Assembly (NCBI GenBank): GCA_024276425.1
Contig: JAJRXF010000054.1
Span: 1,401 to 65,400 of the forward strand
Direction of reading: 5' to 3'
Source of the DNA: Actinomycetes bacterium
GTDB taxonomy: Bacteria > Actinomycetota > Acidimicrobiia > Acidimicrobiales > SZUA-35
Length of the DNA: 64,000 bases
In this document: one piece after another, positions 1 through 9,777 of the stretch
How positions within the stretch are numbered: position 1 is the first letter of the stretch
Layout of the letters: each line of letters starts with the position of its first letter
Notes under the pieces: model-generated
What the model was told of the DNA's origin: nothing
Seen by the model: only the letters and a program-made list of their open reading frames with translations
Database searches by the model: none
Translations under genes and position numbers: made by a program

Positions 1-679
1 TTGAAGTCCAGGTGTCGGAATAGATCACGTCTGAGCCTGGCACCACATCCTCGACCCGGTCACTCTGACTGACCGTGATATTCGACGACGCCAAGCGGTC
101 GAGATCGACCTCATTGAACTGGTAGTCCGAGGGGGCAGCAATGCGAAACTCTCCGCCTAACAGTCCAACTGCGATGGCCAAGGACCGAGCGACATTGTTG
201 GCGTCCCCGACATAGGTGATAACGCGATCCGCCAAAAGTAAGCGGTCGTTCTGTAATGGTGGGAAGCTATCGAGAATCGTAAAAACGTCCGCGACGGCCT
301 GGAGGGGATGGGCCTCATCACTGAGCAGGTTCACCACAGGAACGATGTCGACCGTTGCCATCCGCTGGAGCACTGAATGGTCAAATACTCGGGCGCAGAC
401 CGCAGTGTGATAGCAGGCCAAGGTCCTGGTGACATCCTCGGCCGATTCGCGAGTGTCGATGCCAACCTCGGCCTCGGTGATATACACCGGATGCCCGCCC
501 AGTTGCACCACGGCCATCTCGGTCGAATTGCGAGTTCGAGCCGACGGCTTCTCGAAATAGCAGGCGACTCCCTTACCCCTGAGAACCTCCTTGTGGGTGA
601 TGGTCGGGTTTCGGCCAAGGTTGATGATCTCGGTGAGTTCGGTCGGCGTCAGATCGTCGACTTCCAGCAGGTGTCTCAT
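1..679 (-). CDS. argF: Ornithine carbamoyltransferase, N-terminal part (3' end of the gene lies beyond the left window edge)
   Basis: Not in the ORF track because it runs off the edge. Manual reverse translation from ATG 679-677 gives MRHLLEVDDLTPTEL..FEKPSARTRNSTEMA..DEAHPLQAVAD..IYSDTWTS (S-x-R-T-R carbamoyl-phosphate motif, HPxQ, DTW). ATGA start/stop overlap with argD. Confidence 0.9.
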   Translation of the reverse strand, partial: MRHLLEVDDLTPTELTEIINLGRNPTITHKEVLRGKGVACYFEKPSARTRNSTEMAVVQLGGHPVYITEAEVGIDTRESAEDVTRTLACYHTAVCARVFDHSVLQRMATVDIVPVVNLLSDEAHPLQAVADVFTILDSFPPLQNDRLLLADRVITYVGDANNVARSLAIAVGLLGGEFRIAAPSDYQFNEVDLDRLASSNITVSQSDRVEDVVPGSDVIYSDTWTS

Positions 680-1845
680 TTTGCCACCGCCACAATCGCT
701 GCTTGAAGGATTTGAATTCCCTCAGCTATCTGGTCGTCTGTTATCACGATTGGTGGCGTGAGTCGCAACGCTGTTGACGTAACTGCGTTGAGCACAAGAC
801 CCATTTCTAGGCAGGTCGCCGCTACCGCCTTGGCATCGGTATCGATCAATTCCGCCGCCAACAGGAGACCAAGGCCTCGAGTTTCGGACACGACATCAAG
901 ACCCAGAAGCGCCTCAGACAACTTGTTTCCTGCCGTCTTGGCCATCGTTGGCGCATCAATCGCGATCATGGTCTCCAGGGTTGCTCGTGCGGCGGAGGTG
1001 GCCAAGGGTCCACCACCATAGGTAGTGGCGTGATCTCCTGGTTCGAAGGCGGCAGCTACCGAGCGTTTGGCCCAACAGGCGCCAATTGGCATCCCGTTGC
1101 CCAAGGCTTTTGCCATGGTCACCACGTCCGGTTCGATGCCAAAGTGCTGGAAGCCGAACCACCGTCCGGTCCGAGCCAGCCCGGCCTGCACCTCATCGAT
1201 CATGAACAGAATGCCACGCTCATCGCAGAGCCTGCGAACGCCGTCAAAGTACTCAACTGTGGCCGGGTTAACCCCGCCTTCCCCCTGAACCGGCTCAAGT
1301 AGAACCGCAGCAACGGACTCATCTAGTTTCGATTCAAGATCCTCAAGATCGGCCCACACAGCATGACGGAAACCCTCGGGTAGGGGTTGAAAGGCCTCCC
1401 ATTTCGACGGCTGACCGGTGGCAGCCAGAGTGGCTAGGGTTCGGCCGTGGAAGGACTGAAAGGCCGCTACAACGTTGTGCCGACCTCGCCCACCGAACTT
1501 GCGGGCCAGCTTGATGGCGCATTCGTTGGCCTCGGCCCCGGAGTTAGCAAAGAACACCTGTCCGTCGGCCGATTCTCCCTCCCCGATGAGCGTGTCCAGA
1601 GTGATGGCAACTTCGGCCTTATTCTCCGAGCCAAAAAGGTTGGATACGTGTAGCAGCTTGGTCGCCTGGTCACAGATAGCCTCGGCGACGGCTGGGTGGG
1701 CATGACCAAGCGAGCACACGGCGATGCCAGCGAGCCAGTCCACATAACGTTTGTCGTGGTTGTCATAGAGATAGGCGCCTTCCCCCCGTACGAATTCGAC
1801 GGAGGGATCGTTGTAGTTGGGCATGAACGGGCTGTGTGTTGTCAT
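676..1845 (-). CDS. argD: Acetylornithine aminotransferase (class III PLP aminotransferase)
   Basis: ORF 676..1980. Conserved sequence begins at MTTHSPFMPNYN (ATG 1845), 11 nt after the argB stop. Motifs SGAEANE, DEVQAGLARTG, TMAKALGNG. Sits in the arg cluster. Confidence 0.9.
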   Translation of the reverse strand: MTTHSPFMPNYNDPSVEFVRGEGAYLYDNHDKRYVDWLAGIAVCSLGHAHPAVAEAICDQATKLLHVSNLFGSENKAEVAITLDTLIGEGESADGQVFFANSGAEANECAIKLARKFGGRGRHNVVAAFQSFHGRTLATLAATGQPSKWEAFQPLPEGFRHAVWADLEDLESKLDESVAAVLLEPVQGEGGVNPATVEYFDGVRRLCDERGILFMIDEVQAGLARTGRWFGFQHFGIEPDVVTMAKALGNGMPIGACWAKRSVAAAFEPGDHATTYGGGPLATSAARATLETMIAIDAPTMAKTAGNKLSEALLGLDVVSETRGLGLLLAAELIDTDAKAVAATCLEMGLVLNAVTSTALRLTPPIVITDDQIAEGIQILQAAIVAVAK

Positions 1846-1856
1846 CGCAGGGTTCC

Positions 1857-2738
1857 TCAGGTGCGGGAAATCATGGTTCCGATACCGCTGTCGGTAAATA
1901 GTTCGAGCAAAAGGACGTGGGGAATTCGACCGTCCAGCATGTGAGCACTTTTGGCCCCGGCCTTGACCGCAGAAACACATGCGGCCACCTTTGGGATCAT
2001 TCCGCCGTCGACAATGCCTTCTGCGGTATACATCTCAAGTTCGTCCAACGTCGCCCGGGTGATGATGGAGTTCGGGTCATCCACGTCGGCGAGCAGGCCG
2101 GAAATGTCGGTGAGATAAATCACCTTCTCCGCTCCAAGAGCCCCAGCCAGTGCCCCGGCAACGGTATCCGCGTTGATGTTGTAGGCCTGACCAGTCTTGT
2201 CCGAGCCGATGCTGGACACCACCGGGATTACGTCCTCAGCAAGGAGACGGTCGATGATGGTGGTGTTCACGGCAACAATTTCGCCGACATAGCCGAGATC
2301 AGGGTGTATGGGTTGAGCCTCGATAAGGCCTCCATCCTCACCGGACATGCCCACGGCATAGGCCCCGTGGATATTGATGGCGCCGACGATGTCTCGGCCG
2401 ACCTTGCCAACAAGCACCATGCGGGCCACATCAAGAGTTTCGGCGTCGGTAACTCGCAATCCATCAACGAAGTCGGACTCTTTGCCGAGCCGACCGAGCA
2501 TCTCACCAATTTGGGGGGCGCCGCCGTGAACCACAACTGGGCGAAGCCCGACCGAACGCAACAGGACAATGTCCTCCGCAAACGTCCGAGACAATTCGTC
2601 GTTGACCATGGCATTTCCGCCAAACTTCACCACAATAGTGGCGCCGCGGAATTGTTGGATATACGGCAGTGCCTCAACGAGGGCTTTGGTTCTCAGTTCT
2701 GGCGAATAGCCTCGGTCGGGTGTGTTTGGGTCGTTCAT
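1857..2738 (-). CDS. argB: Acetylglutamate kinase
   Basis: 293-aa ORF of the amino-acid kinase family (VVKFGGNAM, VVVHGGAPQIG, NINADTVAG). 4-nt overlap with argJ. Confidence 0.95.
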   Translation of the reverse strand: MNDPNTPDRGYSPELRTKALVEALPYIQQFRGATIVVKFGGNAMVNDELSRTFAEDIVLLRSVGLRPVVVHGGAPQIGEMLGRLGKESDFVDGLRVTDAETLDVARMVLVGKVGRDIVGAINIHGAYAVGMSGEDGGLIEAQPIHPDLGYVGEIVAVNTTIIDRLLAEDVIPVVSSIGSDKTGQAYNINADTVAGALAGALGAEKVIYLTDISGLLADVDDPNSIITRATLDELEMYTAEGIVDGGMIPKVAACVSAVKAGAKSAHMLDGRIPHVLLLELFTDSGIGTMISRT

Positions 2739-3991
2739 GATCGGTATCCAGCGTTGATATCGATATAGCCATGAGTTAAGTCACAGGTCCATACGGTGGC
2801 TCGACCATTGGCTAGACCGCTCGAGATTCCTACGTCCACTCCCAGCCGTATCTCTGATTGGCGAAGGTGCTCCGTGGCGGCGGCCTCGGAGTATCCCGGC
2901 GCCACCACACCCCCCTTGGCGCATTGTTCGGGCCCAATCCAGATGTCCAGGCGGTCCCGATCGGCCCGTTGGCCCGCCTTACCAACGGCCATCACAATTC
3001 GCCCCCAATTGGCATCTTCAGCGGCGATGGCCGTCTTAACCAACGGCGAGTTGGCAATCGAGAAGGCGATGATCTCAGCAGCATTATTGGATTCGGCCCC
3101 GGTCACTACTACCTCGACAAACTTGGTCGCTCCCTCCCCATCGCGAACGATCTGATGAGCCAAGTCCAAATTGACCGCATCCAAAGCTTCTTGAAACTGG
3201 TGGGCCTCGCTACTAGCTAGGTCCTGAATCGGGGGAACACCACAGGTACCGGTGGCAAAGAGCAGGGTCGTGTCGCTAGTGGAGGTGTCCGAATCAACCG
3301 TGATGCGGTTGTAGGACTGATTGACCGAGGTGGTCAACATCGACTGCAGGACCTTGGCATCAATGGCTGCATCGGTGAACAGGAAGCTCAGCATTGTGGC
3401 CATGTCTGGAGCGATCATGCCGCTGCCCTTGGCTATTCCGACAATGGTGACGGTGTGGCTACCGATCTCGGTCGTCCGACTCGCCCCTTTGGCGAAGGTA
3501 TCGGTGGTGCGGATGGCGTTGGCCGCGGCCTCGAAACTTTCCGGGGCGGAATCTCGGAGGTTCCGGCGGAGAGGGCCAAGGCTGGCTGCCAAGGCGTCAT
3601 TTGCGAGGGTCTCCCCAATTACTCCGGTGGAGGCCAGCAATACCTCTTCTGGCTTGAGCGAGAGTTCCTGGGCAATGGTGACAGCAGTCAATTCGGCCGA
3701 AGTAGCACCCGCTTTGCCGGTAAAGGCATTGGCGTTGCCACTATTGCAGACAACGGCGCGAGCCCGCCCAGAGGAGATATGGCGACGGCACCAATCGACC
3801 GGGGCCGACGGACAAAGCGATGAGGTGAAGGTTCCCGCCACCGTGGTTCCTGGATCAAGAACGGCCAGCATCAGGTCGGCCCGGTTTTGGTAGCGCAGGC
3901 CGGCGGCGAAGGTAGCGAGCTGAACCCCACCGACTGGTGGAAGGTCTGGGAAAGTGGTCGGTGCGAGGGGCGAAGGAGGCAACTCGCTCAT
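2735..3991 (-). CDS. argJ: Bifunctional glutamate N-acetyltransferase / amino-acid acetyltransferase
   Basis: 418-aa ORF of the ArgJ family with the self-cleavage region GMIAPDMATMLSFLFTDA. Overlaps the argC stop. Confidence 0.95.
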   Translation of the reverse strand: MSELPPSPLAPTTFPDLPPVGGVQLATFAAGLRYQNRADLMLAVLDPGTTVAGTFTSSLCPSAPVDWCRRHISSGRARAVVCNSGNANAFTGKAGATSAELTAVTIAQELSLKPEEVLLASTGVIGETLANDALAASLGPLRRNLRDSAPESFEAAANAIRTTDTFAKGASRTTEIGSHTVTIVGIAKGSGMIAPDMATMLSFLFTDAAIDAKVLQSMLTTSVNQSYNRITVDSDTSTSDTTLLFATGTCGVPPIQDLASSEAHQFQEALDAVNLDLAHQIVRDGEGATKFVEVVVTGAESNNAAEIIAFSIANSPLVKTAIAAEDANWGRIVMAVGKAGQRADRDRLDIWIGPEQCAKGGVVAPGYSEAAATEHLRQSEIRLGVDVGISSGLANGRATVWTCDLTHGYIDINAGYRS

Positions 3992-5049
3992 GGGTAGACC
4001 CCGATACTGCTCAAGCCGGTCGCTTCAGGAATCCCCACGGCCAGATTGGCGCATTGGATTGCCATGCCGGAGGCACCCTTCATCAGATTGTCCAAGGTAG
4101 CGATCATCATGACTAGGCCAGTTCTGGGATCGACCCGAGCGGTGAGGTGCACAGAGTTGGACCCTAAAGTCGCCTTGGTCGATGGGCTTCTGTCGCCAAT
4201 GACCATGAAGGGCGAGTCAACATAGAACGCCCTCATGGCATCAAGCACCAAATCGGTCGTGAGTCCATCCTGGGCTGGACGTCCGTAGCAGGTGGCCAGA
4301 ATGCCCCGATTCAGGGGGGCCAGATGCGGCGTAAACAAGATGTTGGCGTCCTGACCGGTCTTTTGCCGCAGTGCCTGTTCGATCTCTGGGGTGTGCCGAT
4401 GAGACAACAGCGCATAAGCCGTGATGTCCTCGTCGACGGTGCAGAACGTCGTGTTCTCCTTGGGTGGCCGCCCAGCCCCACTAACTCCTGTAACCAGATT
4501 CACGATCAGACCATTTGGCTCAATCATTCCTGCGGCCAAGAGCGGGGCAAGACCAAAAACGGCGGCGGCGGCGTTGCAACCGGTGGCGGCCACAAGTTCG
4601 GCACCTTCGATGTCGGCTCGGAACAGTTCAGGAAGTCCATAAACGAAGTCGGCCAGAAGTTCGGGACAAGAATGCTCCGAGCCGTACCAGGCTGGGTAGA
4701 GCGAGGCATCTTTCAGCCGGAAGTCGCTACCAAGATCAACGATGTGATCAACCCGGCCGCGTATCGAGGGGATAACCCCCTGGCTCACCCCATGGGGGAG
4801 CCCACAAAAGACGACGTCCAGACCGTCCACCGCTTCAGGGGTAAATGCGTCGTATTCTTGAGTTCCATACACCCCAGCAAGACTGGGATACAGATCGGCG
4901 ATTGGGGTTCCGGCCTTTGAGTCCCCGGTGGCCAACGCAACCTCGAAATTGGGATGACCAGCAAGCAGTCGCAACAACTCGGTACCCGTGTAGCCGGACG
5001 CTCCGACAATGCCAACGCGAAGGTGTGGGCGCGACTCTCTCGATTGCAT
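3988..5049 (-). CDS. argC: N-acetyl-gamma-glutamyl-phosphate reductase
   Basis: 353-aa ORF with an N-terminal GASGYTG Rossmann motif and semialdehyde-dehydrogenase fold. First gene of the arg string. Confidence 0.95.
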   Translation of the reverse strand: MQSRESRPHLRVGIVGASGYTGTELLRLLAGHPNFEVALATGDSKAGTPIADLYPSLAGVYGTQEYDAFTPEAVDGLDVVFCGLPHGVSQGVIPSIRGRVDHIVDLGSDFRLKDASLYPAWYGSEHSCPELLADFVYGLPELFRADIEGAELVAATGCNAAAAVFGLAPLLAAGMIEPNGLIVNLVTGVSGAGRPPKENTTFCTVDEDITAYALLSHRHTPEIEQALRQKTGQDANILFTPHLAPLNRGILATCYGRPAQDGLTTDLVLDAMRAFYVDSPFMVIGDRSPSTKATLGSNSVHLTARVDPRTGLVMMIATLDNLMKGASGMAIQCANLAVGIPEATGLSSIGVYP

Positions 5050-5085
5050 TGCATGATAATACAGCGACGTGCATACTTATGCAAG
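5049..5085. promoter_or_regulatory. Candidate ArgR operator (two tandem ARG-box-like palindromes) upstream of argC
   Basis: AT-rich TTGCATGATAATACAGC followed by GTGCATACTTATGCAAG. The second contains the perfect inverted repeat TGCATA-CT-TATGCA. Lies directly at or upstream of the argC start in the argC/udk divergent gap. Confidence 0.45.
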
Positions 5086-5125
5086 TAATTCGATGAGGGC
5101 CCCGATCGGTTAGGCTCTGTTTTCC

Positions 5126-5749
5126 GTGAGCTTGTTGATTGGGATTTCGGGGGGAAGTGGTTCGGGCAAGACCACATTGGCCAACATGATGGCCAAACAC
5201 TTCGGCCACCGGCACTCGGCCACATTCGCCTTCGACAGCTACTACCGTGACCAGGCTCACCTAGATGATGCCGAACGTGCTCTAGTCAATTTCGATCATC
5301 CCGACTCACTAGATGTCGACCTATTCGTCCAACATCTGCGCGACCTGCGGGTCGGCACCGAGATTGCGGTCCCGATCTATGACTTCACCCGACACTCCCG
5401 TACCGAAGATGTGCACATCATCGATCCCAAACCGATAATCATCGTCGAGGGCATCCTTCTCCTTGCCTTTCCGGAAATCCGTTCGTGTCTCGACTTCACC
5501 GTCTACCGTGACTGCCCCGAGGAGGTCCGATTCCAGCGACGACTTGCCCGCGACGTAGCCGAGCGCGGCCGCACACCAGAATCGGTGGCAGCCCAATTTG
5601 AAGCAACAGTAAAACCCATGCACGACCACTACGTTCAGCCTTCGATGGATGTCGCTGACCTGGTGACCCTATTCTCCGAAGAACTGGAAGACGCCAGCGT
5701 GCGGGTCTTGGCCGAGATCGCCAAGCTCGAAGCTGCAGTTGGTGCCTAG
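5126..5749 (+). CDS. udk: Uridine kinase
   Basis: 207-aa ORF with P-loop GISGGSGSGKTT and PRK/uridine-kinase-like FDHPDSLD. GTG start. Confidence 0.85.
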   Translation: MSLLIGISGGSGSGKTTLANMMAKHFGHRHSATFAFDSYYRDQAHLDDAERALVNFDHPDSLDVDLFVQHLRDLRVGTEIAVPIYDFTRHSRTEDVHIIDPKPIIIVEGILLLAFPEIRSCLDFTVYRDCPEEVRFQRRLARDVAERGRTPESVAAQFEATVKPMHDHYVQPSMDVADLVTLFSEELEDASVRVLAEIAKLEAAVGA

Positions 5750-7561
5750 CTAGGCCAGTCGTCCAGCCTGCTTCGCTGCCTCGTCTGCGGCCATCAGTTG
5801 CTCGTCGACGATAACCAGACCAGCATCCCAAAATTCCGGATCAGCCAGGTCGCAGTTCACCATCTTGGCCAAATCCTGCGGTGATCGAGAACCACCGGCC
5901 CGCAGCAAATCCAAATAGGCGGGAACGAAACTCTCGCCTTGCTCGGCGTAGCGGGCATAAACCGACAGAGCCAGCAGTTGGCCATAGGCGTAGGCGTAGA
6001 CGTATCCCGGTGTTCCCATAAAGTGTGGTATGTAGCTCCACCAGCTTCGGTACCCGCCACCAAGCGAAACGGTGTCACCCATCATGTCCGTCTGAGTCTC
6101 GACCCAAAGGTCGCCAAACTTCTCGACCGAAAGCTCGCCCTCTTCGCGCCGCGCGATGTGGCAGGCATTCTCGAATCGATTCATGGCGACCTGGCGGAAC
6201 ACGGTCGCGATGGAATCCTCAAGCGTCGAGGCCAGCAAGGAGAACCGCTCCCCCGGATCATCCAACATGGAAAGAAGGCGATTGTTGGTCACAGTCTCAC
6301 CAAACACCGACGCCGTCTCGGCCAAGGTGAGCGGAGTTGACTGATGAAAGAGGCCTTGCTCACGGGCCAAATAGGCATGTACGCCATGACCCAACTCGTG
6401 GGCCAGCGTAGCCACATCGCGAGTCCGACCAGTCCAGTTGAGCAGGACATAAGGATGGTGCGAGGGCACCGTGTACGCACAAAATGCCCCCGGGCGTTTA
6501 CCGTCGCGAATGGGAGCGTCAATCCAACCCTCATCCATGAATCGGCCAACAACACCAGCCAGTTCGGGAGAAAACGAGGCATAGGCATCGCGGACGATAC
6601 TGGTCGCCTCCTTCCACCCGACACGCTTTTCGCTTTCGGCTACCGATGCATTGCGGTCATAGTCAGCCAGTTGGTCTAGCCCCAACACTTGGGCCTTGAG
6701 CCTGTACCAGCGCTGAGGAATGTCATAGCGCCCAACCACCGCTTCAACGAGGGCCTCAACCGACTCATCTGAGGCTTCGTTGCTCAGATTCCTGGATGAC
6801 ACCCAGGTGTCGAAGTTGCGAAGACGGTCATCAACGGACTTATCCAGAAGCAGGGTGTTGAACACGAACGCTCGGGTGCGCAATCCTGGTTCGAGACCGC
6901 CGGTGATGGCCTCAGCCGCTGCTTGACGCACACCTCGGTCTGGGTGTTGAAGCTGGGATAGTCCGGCCTCCAGGGGCAAGGTCTCACCATCAAGTTCAAT
7001 CTCGATCACCGATGTCAGTTCGTCGAATAGGCGGACCCAGGCCGATGCGCCACTCACTGACTTCTCGGTCATGATGGTCTCCTCCGCCTCGCTAAGAAGG
7101 TGAGGCCGATTGCGGCGCATGTTCTCCAGGTGATGCCGATAGTGATCAAGAACGGGATCATCAATGATGGACCCGACATGATCGTCGTCAGCGGTCGCCC
7201 ATTCCAAGTCGACAAATAGAAGCTTGGTCGAGATTGCCGTGGATGCTTCCTCTACCCCCATCATCGCCGCCCCTCGCTCGGGGTCGGTGGTGTCTTCGCT
7301 GAACCGGAGCATGGCGTAGTGCCCGGCTCGAGATACCAACTCTCCAATTTCCGCCAGGTCCGCCATGAGTTCAGCCAAGCCAGCGGCGTCCAACGAGGCG
7401 ACCCTTCCCCGATACTCTCCAACCTTGGCCGACTTCTCATCGGCCAGCGCCAGAAGATCATCGGCACTTTGGTCCCCGGGTAGGAGGGTTTCAAGGTCCC
7501 ACGCGACGTCGGCCGCGTTCAGGTCACGCTCATCGCTACTGATTGTGTCGGTATTGGTCAT
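5750..7561 (-). CDS. pepF: Oligoendopeptidase F family (M3B metallopeptidase)
   Basis: ORF 5750..7642, likely starting at MTNTDTISS (ATG 7561). Zinc motif LAHELGHGVHAYL. Its stop directly abuts the udk stop (TAGCTA). Confidence 0.85.
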   Translation of the reverse strand: MTNTDTISSDERDLNAADVAWDLETLLPGDQSADDLLALADEKSAKVGEYRGRVASLDAAGLAELMADLAEIGELVSRAGHYAMLRFSEDTTDPERGAAMMGVEEASTAISTKLLFVDLEWATADDDHVGSIIDDPVLDHYRHHLENMRRNRPHLLSEAEETIMTEKSVSGASAWVRLFDELTSVIEIELDGETLPLEAGLSQLQHPDRGVRQAAAEAITGGLEPGLRTRAFVFNTLLLDKSVDDRLRNFDTWVSSRNLSNEASDESVEALVEAVVGRYDIPQRWYRLKAQVLGLDQLADYDRNASVAESEKRVGWKEATSIVRDAYASFSPELAGVVGRFMDEGWIDAPIRDGKRPGAFCAYTVPSHHPYVLLNWTGRTRDVATLAHELGHGVHAYLAREQGLFHQSTPLTLAETASVFGETVTNNRLLSMLDDPGERFSLLASTLEDSIATVFRQVAMNRFENACHIARREEGELSVEKFGDLWVETQTDMMGDTVSLGGGYRSWWSYIPHFMGTPGYVYAYAYGQLLALSVYARYAEQGESFVPAYLDLLRAGGSRSPQDLAKMVNCDLADPEFWDAGLVIVDEQLMAADEAAKQAGRLA

Positions 7562-7670
7562 CTGTGCATCATGCCACTCTTTCGATGATTGATCCGCCAC
7601 TCCAGGTCGATCACAGCTCCTCGATCGCCGCTGGAACGGCATCGAGTAATTGTCGGCCTAAGATTCGCCG

Positions 7671-7949
7671 GTGACTCTGAACGAACTCGAACAGGTGCTG
7701 CAGTCTCGCCGCACGGCCGACCCGGCCGAGTCCTATACCGCAAGGCTGTTGGCCGATCCGTTTCTGACCCAGCGCAAGATCATGGAAGAGGCTTTCGAAC
7801 TCTGTCATGAACTCGACCAGCAAGCGGTTGACCCGTCGCTGATTGCCGAGGAGGCCGCCGACCTCCTGTACCATCTGTTGGTGGGGCTAGTGGGGGCCCA
7901 AGTTGGCCTCAATGACGTGCTTGGCGTACTTGAGGGGCGCCGCTCATGA
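7671..7949 (+). CDS. hisE: Phosphoribosyl-ATP pyrophosphatase
   Basis: 92-aa ORF, MazG-like all-alpha HisE (SYTARLL..KIMEEAFEL..EEAADLLYHLLV). Overlaps the hisG start. Confidence 0.9.
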   Translation: MTLNELEQVLQSRRTADPAESYTARLLADPFLTQRKIMEEAFELCHELDQQAVDPSLIAEEAADLLYHLLVGLVGAQVGLNDVLGVLEGRRS

Positions 7950-8830
7950 CCTCGTCGTCCTCTACTCACGCTGCGAGGAGTCCGCAGGAAGTGGTTCGCG
8001 TCGCGGTTCCGTCCAAGGGCCGACTTCGCGAGTCATGCCTCGACTTGTTGACCCATGCCGGTTACGGCGTTGGAAAGTTCAAGATCTCCGGGGCATCGGC
8101 CCACGTGTCGGGGATCGAGTTCATCGAGATGCGGCCGCGCGATGCCGCAGCCTGGCTTCGAGCCGGGCGTCTAGATGCCGCCTTTATATCTACCGACACT
8201 GCCCTGGAGAACGAGGTCGAGGGCTATCCAACCACCGAGCTCGACTTTGCTCGGTCTGATTTGGTGCTCGCTGTTCGTGAATCATCCACCTTCCGATCCG
8301 CCGCTGACCTGGCTGGAGCGACCGTTGCCACCCACCTGCCGGCGTGGACGAGCCGCTGGTTCGCCGGGCGAGACATTGACGTCGATGTCGTTCCCATGGG
8401 AGGTTCCTTGGAAGGGATCTGTGCAGTCGGGCTTGCCGACGCCATTGTCGATTTGCGGGAGACTGGGGGAAGCCTGGCCCGTAACCGCCTCCGGGTAATT
8501 GCTGAACCACACAGTTGTCAGGCACTCCTTTCGACCAGGCAGGACCCAGGGCCCGAGGTTCAGGATCTTGTGCTGCGGGTTGAGGCGGCCCTGGTGGCGA
8601 GGCGAACCCAGTACGTGATGCTCCACATCGCTGCCGACAAGGTGGGCACGCTCAGCACCCTGTTCCCCGGCCTTGCCGCGCCAACCATCCTTCCCCTAGC
8701 TGGCCGAGACGATCTGGTGGCGGCCCATATCGTGGTGAAACGCGACCGACTGTGGGCCAATCTGGCCGATCTCCGGGCCCTTGGCGCTACTGGCATTGTC
8801 GCCTTGCCGACCGATGCGATACTGGACTAG
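7946..8830 (+). CDS. hisG: ATP phosphoribosyltransferase (long form)
   Basis: 294-aa ORF (RVAVPSKGRL.., SGASAH.., ETGGSLARN). Length implies a C-terminal regulatory domain. Coupled to hisE. Confidence 0.9.
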   Translation: MTSSSSTHAARSPQEVVRVAVPSKGRLRESCLDLLTHAGYGVGKFKISGASAHVSGIEFIEMRPRDAAAWLRAGRLDAAFISTDTALENEVEGYPTTELDFARSDLVLAVRESSTFRSAADLAGATVATHLPAWTSRWFAGRDIDVDVVPMGGSLEGICAVGLADAIVDLRETGGSLARNRLRVIAEPHSCQALLSTRQDPGPEVQDLVLRVEAALVARRTQYVMLHIAADKVGTLSTLFPGLAAPTILPLAGRDDLVAAHIVVKRDRLWANLADLRALGATGIVALPTDAILD

Positions 8831-8835
8831 CGCCT

Positions 8836-9243
8836 GTGACCGTTGTTCTTCAGTGGCGTGGCCCATTCGACAATGGGGAGATCAATGCCCTGCATGCCGA
8901 AGCATTTGAGACCAGGGTATTCGACGAGTCGGAGTGGAACTGGGTTGAGTTGACGGCTGAACACAGTCTGGGCTGGGTCACGGCACGGTCCGATGAAGGA
9001 ACCTTGCTCGGATTTGTGAATGTGCTGTGGGATGGCTTTATCCATGCCTGGATCCAGGATCTGATGGTGTTGCAATCCGCTCGTCATCGTGGCCTCGGCG
9101 TTCGTCTGATCCATGCGGCCCGAGACGAGGCCAAGCTTGCCGGGTGTGAGTGGTTGCATGTCGATTTCGATGATGAACTTCGTGGGTTCTACTTCGAGGC
9201 TTGCGGATTCAAGCCGGCAACTGCTGGCTTGATGGAGCTCTAA
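8836..9243 (+). CDS. GNAT family N-acetyltransferase
   Basis: ORF 8752..9243. The first start beyond the hisG stop is GTG 8836. Acetyl-CoA motif A is QSARHRGLGVRLI, followed by GFYFEACGF. Confidence 0.7.
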   Translation: MTVVLQWRGPFDNGEINALHAEAFETRVFDESEWNWVELTAEHSLGWVTARSDEGTLLGFVNVLWDGFIHAWIQDLMVLQSARHRGLGVRLIHAARDEAKLAGCEWLHVDFDDELRGFYFEACGFKPATAGLMEL

Positions 9244-9246
9244 TCG

Positions 9247-9624
9247 ATGCGGGTTGCTGATGTCTTCCGGTGGTTGACCGTGGCATTACTTGGGTTGGCC
9301 TTGTTCGGACTGGCACGCTTACCCTTCGCACAGAGTTGCTTCGAAGCTGCTGGACAGCCTGAGGTCTGTTCGAGTCTTTCAGCGGTCGAGAGTGAAGGCT
9401 GGCAGACGGTCTTGCTCTTCCTCCTGCCACCCTTGGTACTGGCTCTCGGAGCTGCGATTAGCCGAAATCCTCAGTTCACCATCTTGGCCAGTGCCGTCAT
9501 CTTCGGCCTTGCGGTGCTCGGGATGGCATCGGTGGGCCTCTTTCTCATCCCGGCAGCCGTCACGAGCTTCGTAGCAGTCGCCACCTCTGTTTCGGGCAAC
9601 CTCCAACCAGCGCCTCCTGAGTGA
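9247..9624 (+). CDS. Hypothetical small integral membrane protein (about 4 TM segments)
   Basis: 125-aa ORF made of hydrophobic helices, starting 3 nt after the GNAT stop. No recognisable family. Confidence 0.5.
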   Translation: MRVADVFRWLTVALLGLALFGLARLPFAQSCFEAAGQPEVCSSLSAVESEGWQTVLLFLLPPLVLALGAAISRNPQFTILASAVIFGLAVLGMASVGLFLIPAAVTSFVAVATSVSGNLQPAPPE

Positions 9625-9777
9625 TGCCAATGAGAGCCGCCCAGATCGCTGTCGAAGTAGACCAACTCGTCATCGGTGTGCACCAGGCCGTCATGGTCAC
9701 CCCCAGACATTGAGATGTGGGTCTACTCCGCCCCTTGATTCAGCCAGGCTTCAACTGGCCAACACCCGCCCCTAGCC

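Noticed and set aside
1917-2768. 283-aa plus-strand ORF antisense to argB
   Set aside because: Same GC-driven shadow-ORF artefact; argB on the minus strand is unambiguous.
9471-9710. 79-aa minus-strand ORF (MSGGDHDGLVHTDDELVYFDSDL..) partly in the 9625-9777 gap
   Set aside because: Two thirds of it overlaps the plus-strand membrane-protein gene and there is no family signal. It could be a remnant, but I cannot support it.
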